From Escherichia coli (GTDB taxonomy: Bacteria > Pseudomonadota > Gammaproteobacteria > Enterobacterales > Enterobacteriaceae): a stretch of DNA of 64,000 nucleotides. Each line of letters starts with the position of its first letter. Within the stretch, counting starts at the first letter, position 1. The position numbers and the translations under genes are program-made. Below are positions 12,958 to 24,836 of the stretch, one piece after another. Under the pieces are notes generated by a model. It saw only the letters and a list, made by a program, of their open reading frames with translations, did not search any database and was not told the origin of the DNA. The stretch lies in assembly GCF_050320075.1 (NCBI RefSeq), contig NZ_CP190018.1; one strand, 5' to 3'.

Positions 12958-14190
12958 TTATGCGACGGGGTCTATTTCCCAGCCGGTGCGGCAATCAGTA
13001 AAGAGGCCTTGCGGGCAGCGTTCTAATGTCACCCGCGTTGCCTGCTGCCAGTTAGCGAAATCAGTAATCGCCTGACGTAACCCTTTTTGCAGCGTTGTCG
13101 TTGGTTTAATGCCTTCTTGTAACCACAGAGAGATAACTTCAAGGATGCCTGTCTGGCGATGCATTTTGGCATCCATTCGCCCAACTAATTGCCCACGATG
13201 TAATAACGGCAGAACAAAATAGCCATACTGGCGTTTCGGCGCTGGGGTATAGCACTCCAGCCGGTAGCTAAAATCAAAAAGCTGCTCTGCGCGTTTGCGA
13301 TCCCAGACAACAGGATCAAAAGGCGAAAGTACCGCGCTGTGCGTTGCAGTGAGCTTTCCGGCCAGCGCACGCTCGAGTAGCGGCAGCAAATCAGCATGCA
13401 GCCAAAGATTGCCCAATTTTTCAACATGCACAGCAATGATTTGCTGCTGTTCAGCCCTCGCTTCGCGCCACGCCGCCAGTGCCGGACGTTTCAGCCGATA
13501 GTAATCTGCCAGCCACTGTTCGCGGAATATTCCCAGGCTACGCGCACTGTTATCCAGCATGATGATTTCTGCTTCTGTTTGCGAAACGAGATCGCGCTCA
13601 TCATCCCAGTCAGGCATGACTCGGTGGGTTAAATCATAAACGCGCTGGAAGTTGCGCCGTTCAATCACCATCACCTTTCCGGCAGTAAATAAACCTTCCA
13701 GATGCCGTTTATGCGGCTTCCATTCCCACCAGCCGCTTGCACCTTTACGAGAATGCTCGAAATCGGCTGAACGTACCGGCCCCTTATCATGAATATGCTG
13801 AATTAACTGTGCAATTTCCGCCTCATGTTCCTGCATCCAGGCGTTTTTGTATTTCCAGCCCATTTTTTCAGGTGCCAGCATGCGGTGGCGAATAAGACGA
13901 AAGTTGCTACGCGGCATAAAGCAGGCTTCATGCGCCCAGTATTCCATTAATTCGCCACGCGCCAGAGACTCATCCAGCCACTGGGCAGGATAATTTCCCA
14001 GACGACTGAAAAGCACCAGATATGGACTACGGGCAACAATATTAATGGTATCGATTTGCAGCAAGGACATGCGGGAGATCGTTGCCGGAATATCCTCCAA
14101 CGATGCTCGACGGCGGGGTTTGTTTAACAGGCCTTGCGCGGCGAGGTGAAGATTACGCGCATCAGCAAGAGAGAGGTGCGGCAGCGACAT
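12958..14190 (-). CDS. ycaQ: Winged-helix DNA glycosylase-like protein YcaQ
   Basis: 410-aa ORF in the expected position between lpxK and ycaR. Confidence 0.9.
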   Translation of the reverse strand: MSLPHLSLADARNLHLAAQGLLNKPRRRASLEDIPATISRMSLLQIDTINIVARSPYLVLFSRLGNYPAQWLDESLARGELMEYWAHEACFMPRSNFRLIRHRMLAPEKMGWKYKNAWMQEHEAEIAQLIQHIHDKGPVRSADFEHSRKGASGWWEWKPHKRHLEGLFTAGKVMVIERRNFQRVYDLTHRVMPDWDDERDLVSQTEAEIIMLDNSARSLGIFREQWLADYYRLKRPALAAWREARAEQQQIIAVHVEKLGNLWLHADLLPLLERALAGKLTATHSAVLSPFDPVVWDRKRAEQLFDFSYRLECYTPAPKRQYGYFVLPLLHRGQLVGRMDAKMHRQTGILEVISLWLQEGIKPTTTLQKGLRQAITDFANWQQATRVTLERCPQGLFTDCRTGWEIDPVA

Positions 14191-14226
14191 TCATGACTCC
14201 ATCAATCGAACGCTGCCGCGGCGTAA

Positions 14227-15213
14227 CTAGTTGCCAGAAGCCAGCGAGGTTAGTTGCGCAAGCAGTTTCGCTGGTTCATCACCTGAAAGCTGTGCGTCAA
14301 CAGGCAAATACCACCAATTTCCTTCGGCAAAGGGCAGGCATTTCACCGCATCTTTTTCAGTCATTACCAGCGTTTGCCCGGCGCTTACCAACGCACTAAC
14401 ATCCGCATGGTTCAAAGACTGATGATCGGCCAGTGGTACACATTTTTCCGGTTGTACGCCGCACATCTTCAGCGTGGCAAAAAAGCGCGGCGGATGTCCA
14501 ATCCCCGCCATCGCCACTACATGTTCAAGCTGAGCAACGTCACAACGCGTACCGGTACGTAAATTCACCGCCTGACCCGGCAGCAGATGCATGGGGATTT
14601 CACCGCTGCGGGGGACACCGCCGTTGACGATTACCGCATCAACCGACTTTAAGCGCCCCGCTCGCTCACGCATTGGCCCCGCCGGCAACCACCAACCATT
14701 GCCAAAGCGACGCACACCATCAATAACGACAATTTCCACATCACGCGCCAGACGGTAATGCTGTAAACCGTCGTCGGTTACGATGATCTGCACATCAGGG
14801 TGTTGCGCCAGAATGGCTTTTACCGCATCAGAACGCACGGGAGAAACCGCAACGGGCGCGCCAGTGCGTTGATAAATCAACACAGGTTCATCACCCGCCT
14901 GTGCTGTGGTGGTATCTGCCGACAATAACAGCGGATAAGATTCAGCCTTACCACCATATCCCCGCGATACGACCCCCACGCGAATACCGCGCTGTTGCAG
15001 CTGTTCCACCAGCCAGATAACGACCGGGGTTTTTCCGTTGCCGCCTGCGGTGAGATTACCAACCACGACAACCGGTACGGGGGCACGCCAGGCGCGCTTC
15101 AGTTTTAGTTTATAGCAAAGACGGATCGCGCCACTCACCAGGCCATACAACCAGGAGAGTGGCAGCAATAGCCGCCACAAAGGGGATTCACCAGACCAGA
15201 TTTTTTCGATCAT
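14227..15213 (-). CDS. lpxK: Tetraacyldisaccharide 4'-kinase LpxK
   Basis: 328-aa ORF; P-loop [15 protein letters not shown] overlap with the msbA stop. Confidence 0.95.
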   Translation of the reverse strand: MIEKIWSGESPLWRLLLPLSWLYGLVSGAIRLCYKLKLKRAWRAPVPVVVVGNLTAGGNGKTPVVIWLVEQLQQRGIRVGVVSRGYGGKAESYPLLLSADTTTAQAGDEPVLIYQRTGAPVAVSPVRSDAVKAILAQHPDVQIIVTDDGLQHYRLARDVEIVVIDGVRRFGNGWWLPAGPMRERAGRLKSVDAVIVNGGVPRSGEIPMHLLPGQAVNLRTGTRCDVAQLEHVVAMAGIGHPPRFFATLKMCGVQPEKCVPLADHQSLNHADVSALVSAGQTLVMTEKDAVKCLPFAEGNWWYLPVDAQLSGDEPAKLLAQLTSLASGN

Positions 15214-16958
15214 TGACCAAACTGCATTTTGTGAAGTTGCGCGTAAACGCCACGGTGCTCAAGCAAATCGTTATGCGTACCGCGTTCCACAATGACACCA
15301 TCCTCGACGACCACGATTTCGTCTGCCTTTTCAATGGTAGACAAGCGGTGGGCAATCACCAGAGAGGTACGGTTTTTCTGCAACTCATCCAGTGCCGCCT
15401 GAATCGCACGTTCGGATTCGGTATCCAACGCCGAGGTAGCTTCGTCCAGAATCAGAATCGGGCTATCACGCAACAAGGCTCGAGCGATGGCAATACGCTG
15501 ACGCTGACCGCCAGAGAGCAGCACGCCGTTTTCACCAATCACTGTATCGAGACCGTTATCCATCTTATTGATGAAGTCCATGGCGTAGGCCATACGCGCC
15601 GCTTCTTCAATTTGCTCACGGCTGTACTGTTCAGTCCGTGCGTAAGCAATGTTGTTGGCAACCGTATCGTTAAACAGATGGACATTCTGCGACACCAGAG
15701 CAACCTGGTTACGTAACGACGCCAGGGTATACTCGCGCAGATCGTGACCATCCATCAGGATTTCGCCTTCATCAATATCGTAAAAACGTGTGATTAGGCT
15801 GGCGATGGTTGATTTACCTGAACCAGAGCGTCCAACCAGAGCAACCGTCTTCCCTGCCGGAATTTTCAGGTTGATGTTACGCAATGCGGGCACGTCACGT
15901 CCCGGATAAGTAAAGGTGACATTGCGGAATTCCACGTCGCCAGTCGCACGCTCGATCACGCGCTTACCTTCGTCTTTCTCCTGCTCACTGTCCAGAATGG
16001 TAAACAGCGTCTGACAAGCCGCCATACCGCGCTGGAACTGGGCGTTAACGTTGGTCAGCGATTTCAGCGGACGCATCAGTGCAATCATTGAAGAGAAAAC
16101 AACGGTAATCGTACCGGCAGTCAGGCTATCCATGACACTTGGGAAGCTCGCCGCATACAGAACAAACGCCAGCGCCAAAGAGGCGATCAGCTGAATGATC
16201 GGATCAGAGATGGAAGAGGCTGAAACCATTTTCATCCCCTGAAGACGCATTCGGTTACTGACTTTATCGAAGCGTTTCGTTTCCACTTCCTGACCACCGA
16301 AAATCAATACTTCTTTGTGGCCCTTCAGCATTTGTTCTGCGCTGGTGGTCACCTGCCCCATGGTGTTCTGCATGTTTTTACTGATGTTACGAAAACGCTT
16401 CGATACAACGCGAATCGCAATCGAAACAATCGGTGCCAGCACAATCAAAATGATCGACAGTTGCCAGCTGTAATAGAACATCATGATGAACAGGCCGATG
16501 ATCGACGCACCTTCACGCACAACAGTAATCAGTGCGCCGGAAGAAGAAGAAGCAACCTGTTCGGAATCGTAGGTGATACGTGACAACAGCGTACCCGTTG
16601 ACTGTTTGTCAAAGAATGAAACTGGCATTCCCATCATGTGACCAAACAGGCGGCGACGCATGGTCATTACCACCTTTCCTGATACCCAGGAGATACAGTA
16701 GCTGGAGACATAGCTGGTGATACCACGTAAAATCATTAGCCCGATCACCACCAGCGGCATCCACACCAGCACGGAGCGATCTGTTTTACCAAAGCCATCA
16801 TCAAGAAGTGGCTTAAGGAGCGATAACATGAAGGTATCGCTGGCTGCGTTGAGGATTAACGCTACGCCCGCCACGATCAGACCCGCTTTGAAAGGCGCAA
16901 TGGTTGGCCACAGTCGGCGGAAGGTCTGCCACGTAGAGAGATCTTTGTCGTTATGCAT
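15210..16958 (-). CDS. msbA: Lipid A / LPS flippase ABC transporter MsbA
   Basis: 582-aa ORF with six-TM domain plus ABC NBD (Walker [10 protein letters not shown], signature LSGGQRQR). Confidence 0.97.
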   Translation of the reverse strand: MHNDKDLSTWQTFRRLWPTIAPFKAGLIVAGVALILNAASDTFMLSLLKPLLDDGFGKTDRSVLVWMPLVVIGLMILRGITSYVSSYCISWVSGKVVMTMRRRLFGHMMGMPVSFFDKQSTGTLLSRITYDSEQVASSSSGALITVVREGASIIGLFIMMFYYSWQLSIILIVLAPIVSIAIRVVSKRFRNISKNMQNTMGQVTTSAEQMLKGHKEVLIFGGQEVETKRFDKVSNRMRLQGMKMVSASSISDPIIQLIASLALAFVLYAASFPSVMDSLTAGTITVVFSSMIALMRPLKSLTNVNAQFQRGMAACQTLFTILDSEQEKDEGKRVIERATGDVEFRNVTFTYPGRDVPALRNINLKIPAGKTVALVGRSGSGKSTIASLITRFYDIDEGEILMDGHDLREYTLASLRNQVALVSQNVHLFNDTVANNIAYARTEQYSREQIEEAARMAYAMDFINKMDNGLDTVIGENGVLLSGGQRQRIAIARALLRDSPILILDEATSALDTESERAIQAALDELQKNRTSLVIAHRLSTIEKADEIVVVEDGVIVERGTHNDLLEHRGVYAQLHKMQFGQ

Positions 16959-16994
16959 TCAAAAAACCAGCATTTGTTGAAATAGCCGCATATT

Positions 16995-19259
16995 CTACCC
17001 GTTATCCACTGGCACGCCAAACCACTGATGATACCAACGAGGTAAAATTTGCTCCCTGAGGCTGCTAATCCGCCAGCCTTGCGCTGAAAAATTGACCGTC
17101 ACTTGACCCTGATGTGGAGTATCAAGCCACTTATAACCTTGTTGTTGATAGCGATGCTTAACTTTGTTGGAGGGCAATCGCCATGCGTTATAGCGCGATG
17201 CCGATGCGAGTGCCACTTTTCCATTCACTCGCTGAATTAATGGCAACGATGATGAGGTATTACTGCCATGGTGAGGTACCTGAAGCAATGTTGCCTGCAC
17301 TTGCTGCCAGTAACGGCTTAGCATCTTTTGTTCAGCGGGGGCTTCAATATCACCGGTTAGAAGAATGCTATTCGTCCCGTCATCAACCTTAACCACACAG
17401 GAATGGTTATTTCCTTTATCGTTGCTAGCTTGTAAAGGCCAGTGCGCGCTGAAACGCAATCCTTGCCATTGCCACGCTTCGCCACGCACACAGGGCTGAT
17501 GATGTTCCCAGTTTAACGGACTTCTGATCCATAACATCGGCCATGTGTGCAATATTGAGTCCAGCCCTCCCCGGTGATCCAGATGTTCATGACTCAGAAT
17601 AACGCCTTCCGGTTCAAGATTATGCCAGTGGAGCCAGGGGATAATCAGTTGTTGCCCACTATCCCCTTCGGGCCAGGCCAGTCCCGTGTCATAGAGAATC
17701 GCTTTGCCGTTTCGCGCAATGACCATTGCCAGCCCTTGCCCGACATCAAGCATGTACACTTGCCACTCGTCAGGTCGAGGTTTTTGCCACAGCGGCCAGC
17801 ACATCAGCAAGCCTCCAGCCACACACATTGCTGGCAACGTTCGCCAGGCGTTTAATCGCCATACCACCAGTAAGAACCATGGGGAAAATGTTAGCCATTG
17901 CCAACGTTCAGCAATGTTGATCCACCCTTCCGGCAAACTCTTTAACCCCCAGAAAAGTAAAGCCAAAGACCGGTCGGCAAGAAACCATAACCCCTGTTCC
18001 AGGATTAACGGCCCGCTTAAATGCACAACCATCGCGGCGAGGATCAATGGAACCGTGATAAATGTCACCAGGGGAATTGCAAATAGATTTGCAATAAACG
18101 AGGTCAGACTAATGCCATGAAATATGACGATTTGCACGGGCATAAGCAGGAGGGTGATTCCCAGTTGCAGATGGATGAGGGAAACAACCGCACGCAATAC
18201 CGGCGGCAGCTGCCACTCAGGACAGGGAAACCACTGATACCAAAAAATCAGTGCCGCGACCGCAGCGGCAGAGAGCCATAAACTTTGCGAGAGAATGGCA
18301 ACAGGATCCATCAGCAAAATTGCCGCCAGACAACATATCCATACATCCCAGCCACTCCATTGTCGCCCACTTAACTTAAGCATTCCCCACATGGCAAGCG
18401 CCACCACGGTACGAAATGCAGGAGGTTGCATTCCCGTCAGCCAGGCATAAAAAGCAGCACAGCAGATTCCGCCAATTAATGGCATTTGCCAGTGGATCCA
18501 GCGCCCAGGCAGAAAAATTTGTCCACTGCGAATGAGTCCGGCAGCCAGCAACGCCGCAAAAGCGATATGCAATCCCGATATCGCCATTAAATGCGCCGTT
18601 CCAGTATCGCGCATGATATTTTTGATTTCTTTGGGAACGGATAACCGTTCCCCCATACCTAAACCAAGAATAACCGCATTCCACGGATAGGGTTGCAGCG
18701 TTGTTTGTAATGACGCCAGATACTGTGCACGCAAGCTACAATCCGGTTCAATGACACTTGCCTGCAGAAAGCGGCCGGTCAGCGGCTGATGCTGGGCAAT
18801 GGCATAACGCTGGCTATCAAAGCTGCCATCATTAAGTTGGCCATGAACTGCACGAACTTTGAGTTTCATTGACCATAGTTGTCCGGCACAAACCGCTTGC
18901 GGGAGATATTCGCCATACAGCACGAGGCCTGGCGCAGGGAATATACGTCGACCTTGTAGATGAGTGACTTGACCGTAATGAGTGGTCATGCCGTCAGTAG
19001 CAGTGATCTCAACTATTGCATCCTGCGTCGCGCCAGTTAAGGTTTCTCCTGCCCACAAAATTTGCTTTGCCGCTGATATGCCCCAAAGAAAAAACAGCAA
19101 CGTCAGCGCGATATAACGGACGGCTTTAACAGGAATAAATGCCAGTACGCAGGCGAAGACAGTCAGAAACGCAAGGGTTAATGTCCCAGGCAATTGGGGC
19201 AAAACCAGCAACGGAAAAATTCCGCAAATTATGCATACGCCGACTGTCGTTATTTTCAT
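16995..19259 (-). CDS. ycaI: ComEC/Rec2-family inner-membrane protein YcaI
   Basis: Track ORF extends to a GTG at 19337; conserved start MKITTVGV at ATG 19257-19259; polytopic N-terminus and C-terminal metallo-beta-lactamase-like HEHLDH motif. Confidence 0.85.
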   Translation of the reverse strand: MKITTVGVCIICGIFPLLVLPQLPGTLTLAFLTVFACVLAFIPVKAVRYIALTLLFFLWGISAAKQILWAGETLTGATQDAIVEITATDGMTTHYGQVTHLQGRRIFPAPGLVLYGEYLPQAVCAGQLWSMKLKVRAVHGQLNDGSFDSQRYAIAQHQPLTGRFLQASVIEPDCSLRAQYLASLQTTLQPYPWNAVILGLGMGERLSVPKEIKNIMRDTGTAHLMAISGLHIAFAALLAAGLIRSGQIFLPGRWIHWQMPLIGGICCAAFYAWLTGMQPPAFRTVVALAMWGMLKLSGRQWSGWDVWICCLAAILLMDPVAILSQSLWLSAAAVAALIFWYQWFPCPEWQLPPVLRAVVSLIHLQLGITLLLMPVQIVIFHGISLTSFIANLFAIPLVTFITVPLILAAMVVHLSGPLILEQGLWFLADRSLALLFWGLKSLPEGWINIAERWQWLTFSPWFLLVVWRLNAWRTLPAMCVAGGLLMCWPLWQKPRPDEWQVYMLDVGQGLAMVIARNGKAILYDTGLAWPEGDSGQQLIIPWLHWHNLEPEGVILSHEHLDHRGGLDSILHTWPMLWIRSPLNWEHHQPCVRGEAWQWQGLRFSAHWPLQASNDKGNNHSCVVKVDDGTNSILLTGDIEAPAEQKMLSRYWQQVQATLLQVPHHGSNTSSSLPLIQRVNGKVALASASRYNAWRLPSNKVKHRYQQQGYKWLDTPHQGQVTVNFSAQGWRISSLREQILPRWYHQWFGVPVDNG

Positions 19260-19414
19260 GCACCCCTCCGTATTTATGGAAAGTGTGCAACTTTGTTGAG
19301 CGGTTGTCTGGTGGGAGTTTTGCGTTCCCCGAGGCACGTTCAGAAGAATTTAACGAGAGGGTGAAAACTGTTCAAAACTCTGCGAGGCAGCTTCCAGTTC
19401 CAGATTAGAGAAAT

Positions 19415-19441
19415 GAAAAAAGCACCCGACAGGTGCTTTTC
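19415..19441 (-). terminator. Rho-independent terminator downstream of ihfB (bidirectional-looking)
   Basis: Hairpin GCACC-CGACA-GGTGC flanked by an A-run and a T-run, directly 3' of the ihfB stop. Confidence 0.65.
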
Positions 19442-19465
19442 TCGCGTTCAAGTTTGAGTAAAAAC

Positions 19466-19750
19466 TTAACCGTAAATATTGGCGCGATCGCGCAGTTCTT
19501 TACCTGGTTTAAAGTGAGGAACGTATTTTCCTTCCAGTTCTACTTTATCGCCAGTCTTCGGATTACGTCCGGTACGTGGTGCGCGGTAGTGCAAAGAGAA
19601 ACTGCCGAAACCGCGGATTTCAATACGCTCGCCCTGCGCAAGAGTCGAGGCCATATGCTCCAGCATCTCTTTTACTGCATCTTCAACCGTCTTGGCGGGA
19701 ATGTGCGATTGCTGGGTGGCAAGTCTTTCTATCAATTCTGACTTGGTCAT
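19466..19750 (-). CDS. ihfB: Integration host factor beta subunit
   Basis: 94-aa [14 protein letters not shown]...; RBS GGAGGAATC before ATG. Confidence 0.97.
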
Positions 19751-19909
19751 GATTCCTCCGGTTCCTTAAAGGCAAATTAAGCGGCTGCTGTTGCTGCATT
19801 GATTAAGGGCGGCCGTAGCCGCCCTTAGTGCTTGATTACAGGACGAAACCTGCAATCTGTCAAGTAAACTCAACAAACTTCGGAATAAAAATCCCGAAGA
19901 GTCAGAGAA

Positions 19910-21583
19910 TCACTCGCCTTTAGCTGCTTTGAAAGCTTCAGCCATTGCGTTGTTGGAGAAGTTTGCATCTTCCTGTTTGTTAACAGTTGCGATTGCATCT
20001 TTCTCGTCAGCTTCGTCTTTCGCACGAACAGACAGGCTGATTGCGCGGTTTTTACGATCAACGCCGGTGAATTTAGCTTCAACTTCGTCGCCAACGCTCA
20101 GAACCAGGGTAGCGTCTTCAACGCGGTCACGGGATGCTTCAGAAGCACGCAGGTAACCTTCAACGCCGTCAGCCAGTTCTACGGTTGCGCCTTTAGCGTC
20201 AACTGCAGTTACTTTACCGGTTACGATAGCGCCTTTCTTGTTCAGAGCAACCCAGTTGTTGAACGGATCTTCTGCGAGCTGTTTAACGCCCAGGGAGATA
20301 CGTTCACGTTCTGCGTCAACCTGCAGAACAACTGCAGCGATTTCGTCGCCTTTTTTGTATTCACGAACTGCTTCTTCGCCTGCAACGTTCCAGGAGATGT
20401 CAGACAGGTGAACCAGGCCGTCGATGCCGCCGTCCAGGCCGATGAAGATACCGAAGTCAGTGATAGACTTGATTTTACCTTCAACACGGTCACCCTTGTT
20501 GTGGGTTTCCGCGAACTGCTGCCACGGGTTAGCTTTGCACTGTTTCAGACCCAGGGAGATACGACGACGTTCTTCGTCGATATCCAGAACCATAACTTCC
20601 ACTACATCGCCAACGTTAACAACTTTGGACGGGTGGATGTTTTTGTTGGTCCAATCCATTTCGGAAACGTGTACCAGGCCTTCAACGCCTTCTTCGATTT
20701 CAACGAAGCAGCCGTAGTCGGTCAGGTTGGTCACGCGACCAGTCAGTTTGGTACCTTCCGGATAACGTTTAGCGATAGCTACCCACGGATCTTCGCCCAG
20801 CTGTTTCAGGCCCAGGGATACACGGGTACGTTCGCGGTCGAACTTCAGCACTTTAACAGTGATTTCGTCGCCCACGTTGACGATTTCGCTCGGATGCTTA
20901 ACGCGTTTCCAGGCCATATCAGTGATGTGCAGCAGGCCGTCAACGCCGCCCAGATCAACGAATGCACCGTAGTCAGTGAGGTTCTTAACGATACCTTTAA
21001 CTTCCATGCCTTCCTGCAGGTTTTCCAGCAGCTGATCGCGCTCTGCGCTGTTTTCGGATTCGATAACGGCACGACGAGAAACAACAACGTTGTTGCGCTT
21101 CTGATCCAGCTTGATTACTTTGAATTCAAGCTCTTTGCCTTCCAGGTGCAGAGTGTCACGCACCGGACGAACGTCTACCAGAGAACCTGGCAGGAACGCA
21201 CGAATACCGTTCAGCTCAACAGTGAAGCCGCCCTTAACTTTGCCGTTGATAACACCGGTAACAGTTTCAGCATCTTCGTAAGCTTTTTCCAGCGTGATCC
21301 AGGCTTCGTGACGTTTAGCTTTCTCACGGGACAGCAGAGTTTCACCGAAGCCGTCTTCTACTGCGTCCAGAGCAACGTCAACTTCGTCACCTACCTGGAT
21401 TTCCAGCTCGCCCTGGGCGTTTTTGAACTGCTCAGCCGGGATGGCGGACTCAGATTTCAGACCAGCGTCAACCAGTACTACGTCTTTGTCGATAGCAACA
21501 ACAACGCCACGAACGATAGAACCCGGGCGGGTTTCGATTTCTTTTAAGGACTCTTCAAAGAGTTGAGCAAAAGATTCAGTCAT
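19910..21583 (-). CDS. rpsA: 30S ribosomal protein S1
   Basis: 557-aa ORF with repeated S1 domains; [14 protein letters not shown]-terminus. Confidence 0.98.
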
Positions 21584-21693
21584 GTTTAATCTTCAGGTTT
21601 ATATTTAACGTCCACCTGGCTCCATGCCGGATGGGGTTGTTTAACATACCCGCTGTCATTCCATTGCAACGGGGGTACTGCAAATTCGGTCGC

Positions 21694-22377
21694 TTATGCG
21701 AGAGCCAATTTCTGGCGCGCGTATTGTAGCGCTTTTTCAATCACTTGCTCAATGCTTAAGGTGGTGGAATCCAACACTAAAGCATCGGCTGCCGGAACCA
21801 GTGGCGCTACCGCTCGGTTACGATCGCGGTCGTCGCGTTCTTTGATCTCGGCCAAAAGGCGCTCAAAGTTAACACTAAAGCCCTTCTCCTGCAACTGTAG
21901 CATGCGGCGATGCGCACGTTCTTCCGAGGAGGCGTCAAGGAAAATTTTCACTGGCGCATCAGGGAATACCACCGTTCCCATATCGCGGCCATCGGCAATC
22001 AAGCCTGGTAATTCGCGAAACGCGCGTTGGCGACGCAATAATGCTTCACGAACGCGTGGGAATGCCGCGACTTGTGAAGCAGCATTCGCCACTTCCTGAG
22101 TACGAATTTCGCCGCTGACATCTTCCCCTTCGAGGATCACTTCCAGATTGCCATTGGTCGACACAAAACGTACATCCAGATGGGATGCCAGCGGCACGAG
22201 CGCATCTTCCGATGCAACATCAACATGGTGATGTAATGCCGCCAGTGCCAGTACGCGATAAATTGCACCCGAGTCCAGCAGATGCCATTGCAACGCTTCC
22301 GCCATAGCCTTACACAAGGTGCCTTTCCCTGCACCGCTTGGGCCATCAATGGTAATAACCGGGGCAATTGCCGTCAT
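21694..22377 (-). CDS. cmk: Cytidylate kinase
   Basis: 227-aa ORF with P-loop GPSGAGKGT. Confidence 0.96.
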
Positions 22378-22549
22378 CTTTATCTCCTTAAAACAGGCGT
22401 ACCGTTAACATAACCGCGCGCATTATACGCGCCGACGCCACAAATCGTTAACGTTGTGTGCAAAAACCAGTTTTGTCTGTATTCAGATGGGGATTTATTG
22501 CGCAATTATAGCGGGCTGGCAGAAGACCAGCCCGAAAGATGACAATGAT

Positions 22550-23314
22550 TTACTTACCAGAGGCGATACGATCACGGATGTGTTGCGCACGCTCTGTTGA
22601 TGGTGGGTGAGAGTCAAACATGGACTGGGTACGACCGCCATCCAGGCTGGCCAATTTTTCAAAGCTGCCAACCAGCCCCTGGGTGCTGATGCCACGTTTC
22701 TTCAACAGTTCAAAGGAGAAATCATCTGCTTCGGACTCTTTATCGCGGGAGTATTTAGCATTGATCGCGCCTTCTGCGATATCACCTAATTGTGAGCGAG
22801 AAAGCTGGGAAGCCGCACCGCTGGTAGCGGAAATCGCATCACGTGCGGCAACGATCGCATAAGAAGCTTTCATTTCAGCCAGCGAGTGACCCAACGCGAC
22901 GTGGCCCAGTTCATGACCCAGAACGCCTTCAATTTCGTTGTCGTTCATCATGTCCATCAGGCCACTGTAGACACGAACACAGCCGTTCGCCATCGCCCAT
23001 GCGTTGACGTCGCTGGTCATATAAACCTTATAGTTGACCGGCGTGCCATTAATATTGTTACCCAATGCTTTGGCGATTTTTGCCAGACGTTTACCGTACT
23101 TGCTGGATTTACTTGCGACTTGATTGCCGCTGTCCATTTCGGCACAGCCCTGATTGGCAATCGCTTTTGCATCAGCATCGCTTAACGTTGCTGCTTTATA
23201 GGCATTTAAACCTGAGCTGATAGCCATATTGGTATCAATACCGTGGGTATTTTGACACCCTGTCAGTAATGCTGCAGAGGCCGCAATCGCCAGCAGTAAT
23301 TTAGTATTCTTCAT
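22550..23314 (-). CDS. loiP: Outer-membrane M48 metalloprotease lipoprotein LoiP (YcaL)
   Basis: Conserved start MKNTKLL at ATG 23312-23314 (track ORF extends to 23338); lipobox LLTGC; HELGH zinc motif. Confidence 0.9.
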   Translation of the reverse strand: MKNTKLLLAIAASAALLTGCQNTHGIDTNMAISSGLNAYKAATLSDADAKAIANQGCAEMDSGNQVASKSSKYGKRLAKIAKALGNNINGTPVNYKVYMTSDVNAWAMANGCVRVYSGLMDMMNDNEIEGVLGHELGHVALGHSLAEMKASYAIVAARDAISATSGAASQLSRSQLGDIAEGAINAKYSRDKESEADDFSFELLKKRGISTQGLVGSFEKLASLDGGRTQSMFDSHPPSTERAQHIRDRIASGK

Positions 23315-23409
23315 GTGAATCATCCGTTGATTAATCATATATAAATATTATGTATCAATAACTTACATTGACAAACGACGCTACCATTAATCAAAATGAC
23401 TCACAAGGT

Positions 23410-23436
23410 CCGAAAAAAAACGCCGGCAATGTGCCG
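23410..23436 (-). terminator. Rho-independent terminator downstream of aroA
   Basis: Minus-strand hairpin CGTCGGCA-CAT-TGCCGGCG followed by TTTTTTTT. Confidence 0.6.
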
Positions 23437-23482
23437 ACGTTTTGATAAAGAAAGATTTGGCTATTTATTGCACGTTGTTCAT

Positions 23483-24766
23483 TCAGGCTGCCTGGCTAAT
23501 CCGCGCCAGCTGCTCGAAATAATCCGGAAATGTTTTGGCCGTGCATTTGGGATCAAGAATCGTCACTGGTGTATCTGACAACGCCACCAGCGAGAAACAC
23601 ATCGCCATCCGGTGATCATTGTATGTTGCGATCTCGGCAAAGTTCAGTTTTTCCGGTGGAGTGATACGAATGTAATCGTGCCCCTCTTCTACTTCCGCAC
23701 CAACTTTACGCAGTTCTGTTGCCATCGCAAACAGGCGATCGGTCTCTTTAACACGCCAGTTATAGATATTGCGCAGCGTGGTGGTGCCTTTTGCAAATAA
23801 CGCCGCCGTGGCAATGGTCATCGCCGCATCAGGAATATGGTTCATATCCATATCAATAGCGTTCAGTTCACCCCGCGTGCAGGAAATATAATCATCGCCC
23901 CAGCAAATGGTCGCGCCCATTTTTTCCAGCACATCAGCAAAGCGAATATCACCCTGCATACTGTTGCGTCCAATGCCGGTCACTTTTACAGTGCCGCCTT
24001 TGATTGCTGCTGCTGCCAGGAAGTAAGAAGCCGAAGATGCATCGCCTTCGACCAAATAAGTACCCGGAGACTGATAAGACTGCCCGCCTTTTACGACAAA
24101 TTGTTGATAGTGCTGATTTTCAATTTCAACACCAAACGTCTTCATCAGATTGAGTGTGATGTCGATATAAGGTTTAGAAACCAGATCGCCTTTAATACGA
24201 ATAACCGTATCTTCCGGCGCAAGAGGCGCAGTCATTAATAGTGCGGTGAGGAACTGGCTGGAAACGGAGCCATCAACGTCAACGTTGCCGCCAGTAAAGC
24301 TGCCCTGTAAACGCAATGGCGGATAATTTTCTTGTTCCAGGTAAGTGATCTTCGCCCCGCCCAGGCGCAGCGCATCCACCAGATGACCAATCGGGCGCTC
24401 TTTCATACGCGGCTCACCAGTCAGCACAATATCATTGCTACCCAGACAAAGAGCTGCCGCCAGCGGGCGCATTGCCGTTCCGGCGTTTCCGAGGAACAAC
24501 TCCAGGGCACCTTCTGCGTGTAATGGACCGCCGTTACCGATAATTTCGCAACGCGTACGATCAGCTGAAAGCGTATAGCTTACCCCTAACGCTGCTAATG
24601 CATTCAGCATATGGCGCACGTCATCGCTATCCAGCAGATTGGTTAATACTGTTTTGCCGTGTGCTAATGCCGCCAGCAATAAAGCGCGGTTAGAAACGCT
24701 CTTGGAACCGGGCAGATTAATAGTGCCATCGACACGAGCGATGGGTTGTAACGTCAGGGATTCCAT
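23483..24766 (-). CDS. aroA: 3-phosphoshikimate 1-carboxyvinyltransferase (EPSP synthase)
   Basis: 427-aa [17 protein letters not shown]... Confidence 0.97.
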   Translation of the reverse strand: MESLTLQPIARVDGTINLPGSKSVSNRALLLAALAHGKTVLTNLLDSDDVRHMLNALAALGVSYTLSADRTRCEIIGNGGPLHAEGALELFLGNAGTAMRPLAAALCLGSNDIVLTGEPRMKERPIGHLVDALRLGGAKITYLEQENYPPLRLQGSFTGGNVDVDGSVSSQFLTALLMTAPLAPEDTVIRIKGDLVSKPYIDITLNLMKTFGVEIENQHYQQFVVKGGQSYQSPGTYLVEGDASSASYFLAAAAIKGGTVKVTGIGRNSMQGDIRFADVLEKMGATICWGDDYISCTRGELNAIDMDMNHIPDAAMTIATAALFAKGTTTLRNIYNWRVKETDRLFAMATELRKVGAEVEEGHDYIRITPPEKLNFAEIATYNDHRMAMCFSLVALSDTPVTILDPKCTAKTFPDYFEQLARISQAA

Positions 24767-24792
24767 GAACTCAACTCTCTACAACAGAAATA

Positions 24793-24822
24793 AAAACCCC
24801 ACAGGCTGGCTGTGGGGATTAA
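24793..24822 (-). terminator. Hairpin plus T-run between serC and aroA (intra-operon attenuator/terminator)
   Basis: Minus-strand CCCCACAG-CCAGC-CTGTGGGG followed by TTTTTATTT. Confidence 0.55.
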
Positions 24823-24836
24823 GCAAAATTTCGGCA

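Noticed and set aside
19805-19827. GC-rich hairpin AAGGGCGGC-CGTA-GCCGCCCTT between rpsA and ihfB as a terminator
   Set aside because: No T-run follows it on the transcribed (minus) strand; at most a weak attenuator or processing structure, so not called as a terminator
20408-21547. 379-aa plus-strand ORF antisense to rpsA
   Set aside because: Lies entirely inside rpsA on the opposite strand; low-complexity, F/V/N-rich translation with no motifs; long antisense ORFs are a common artefact of strong codon bias in highly expressed genes
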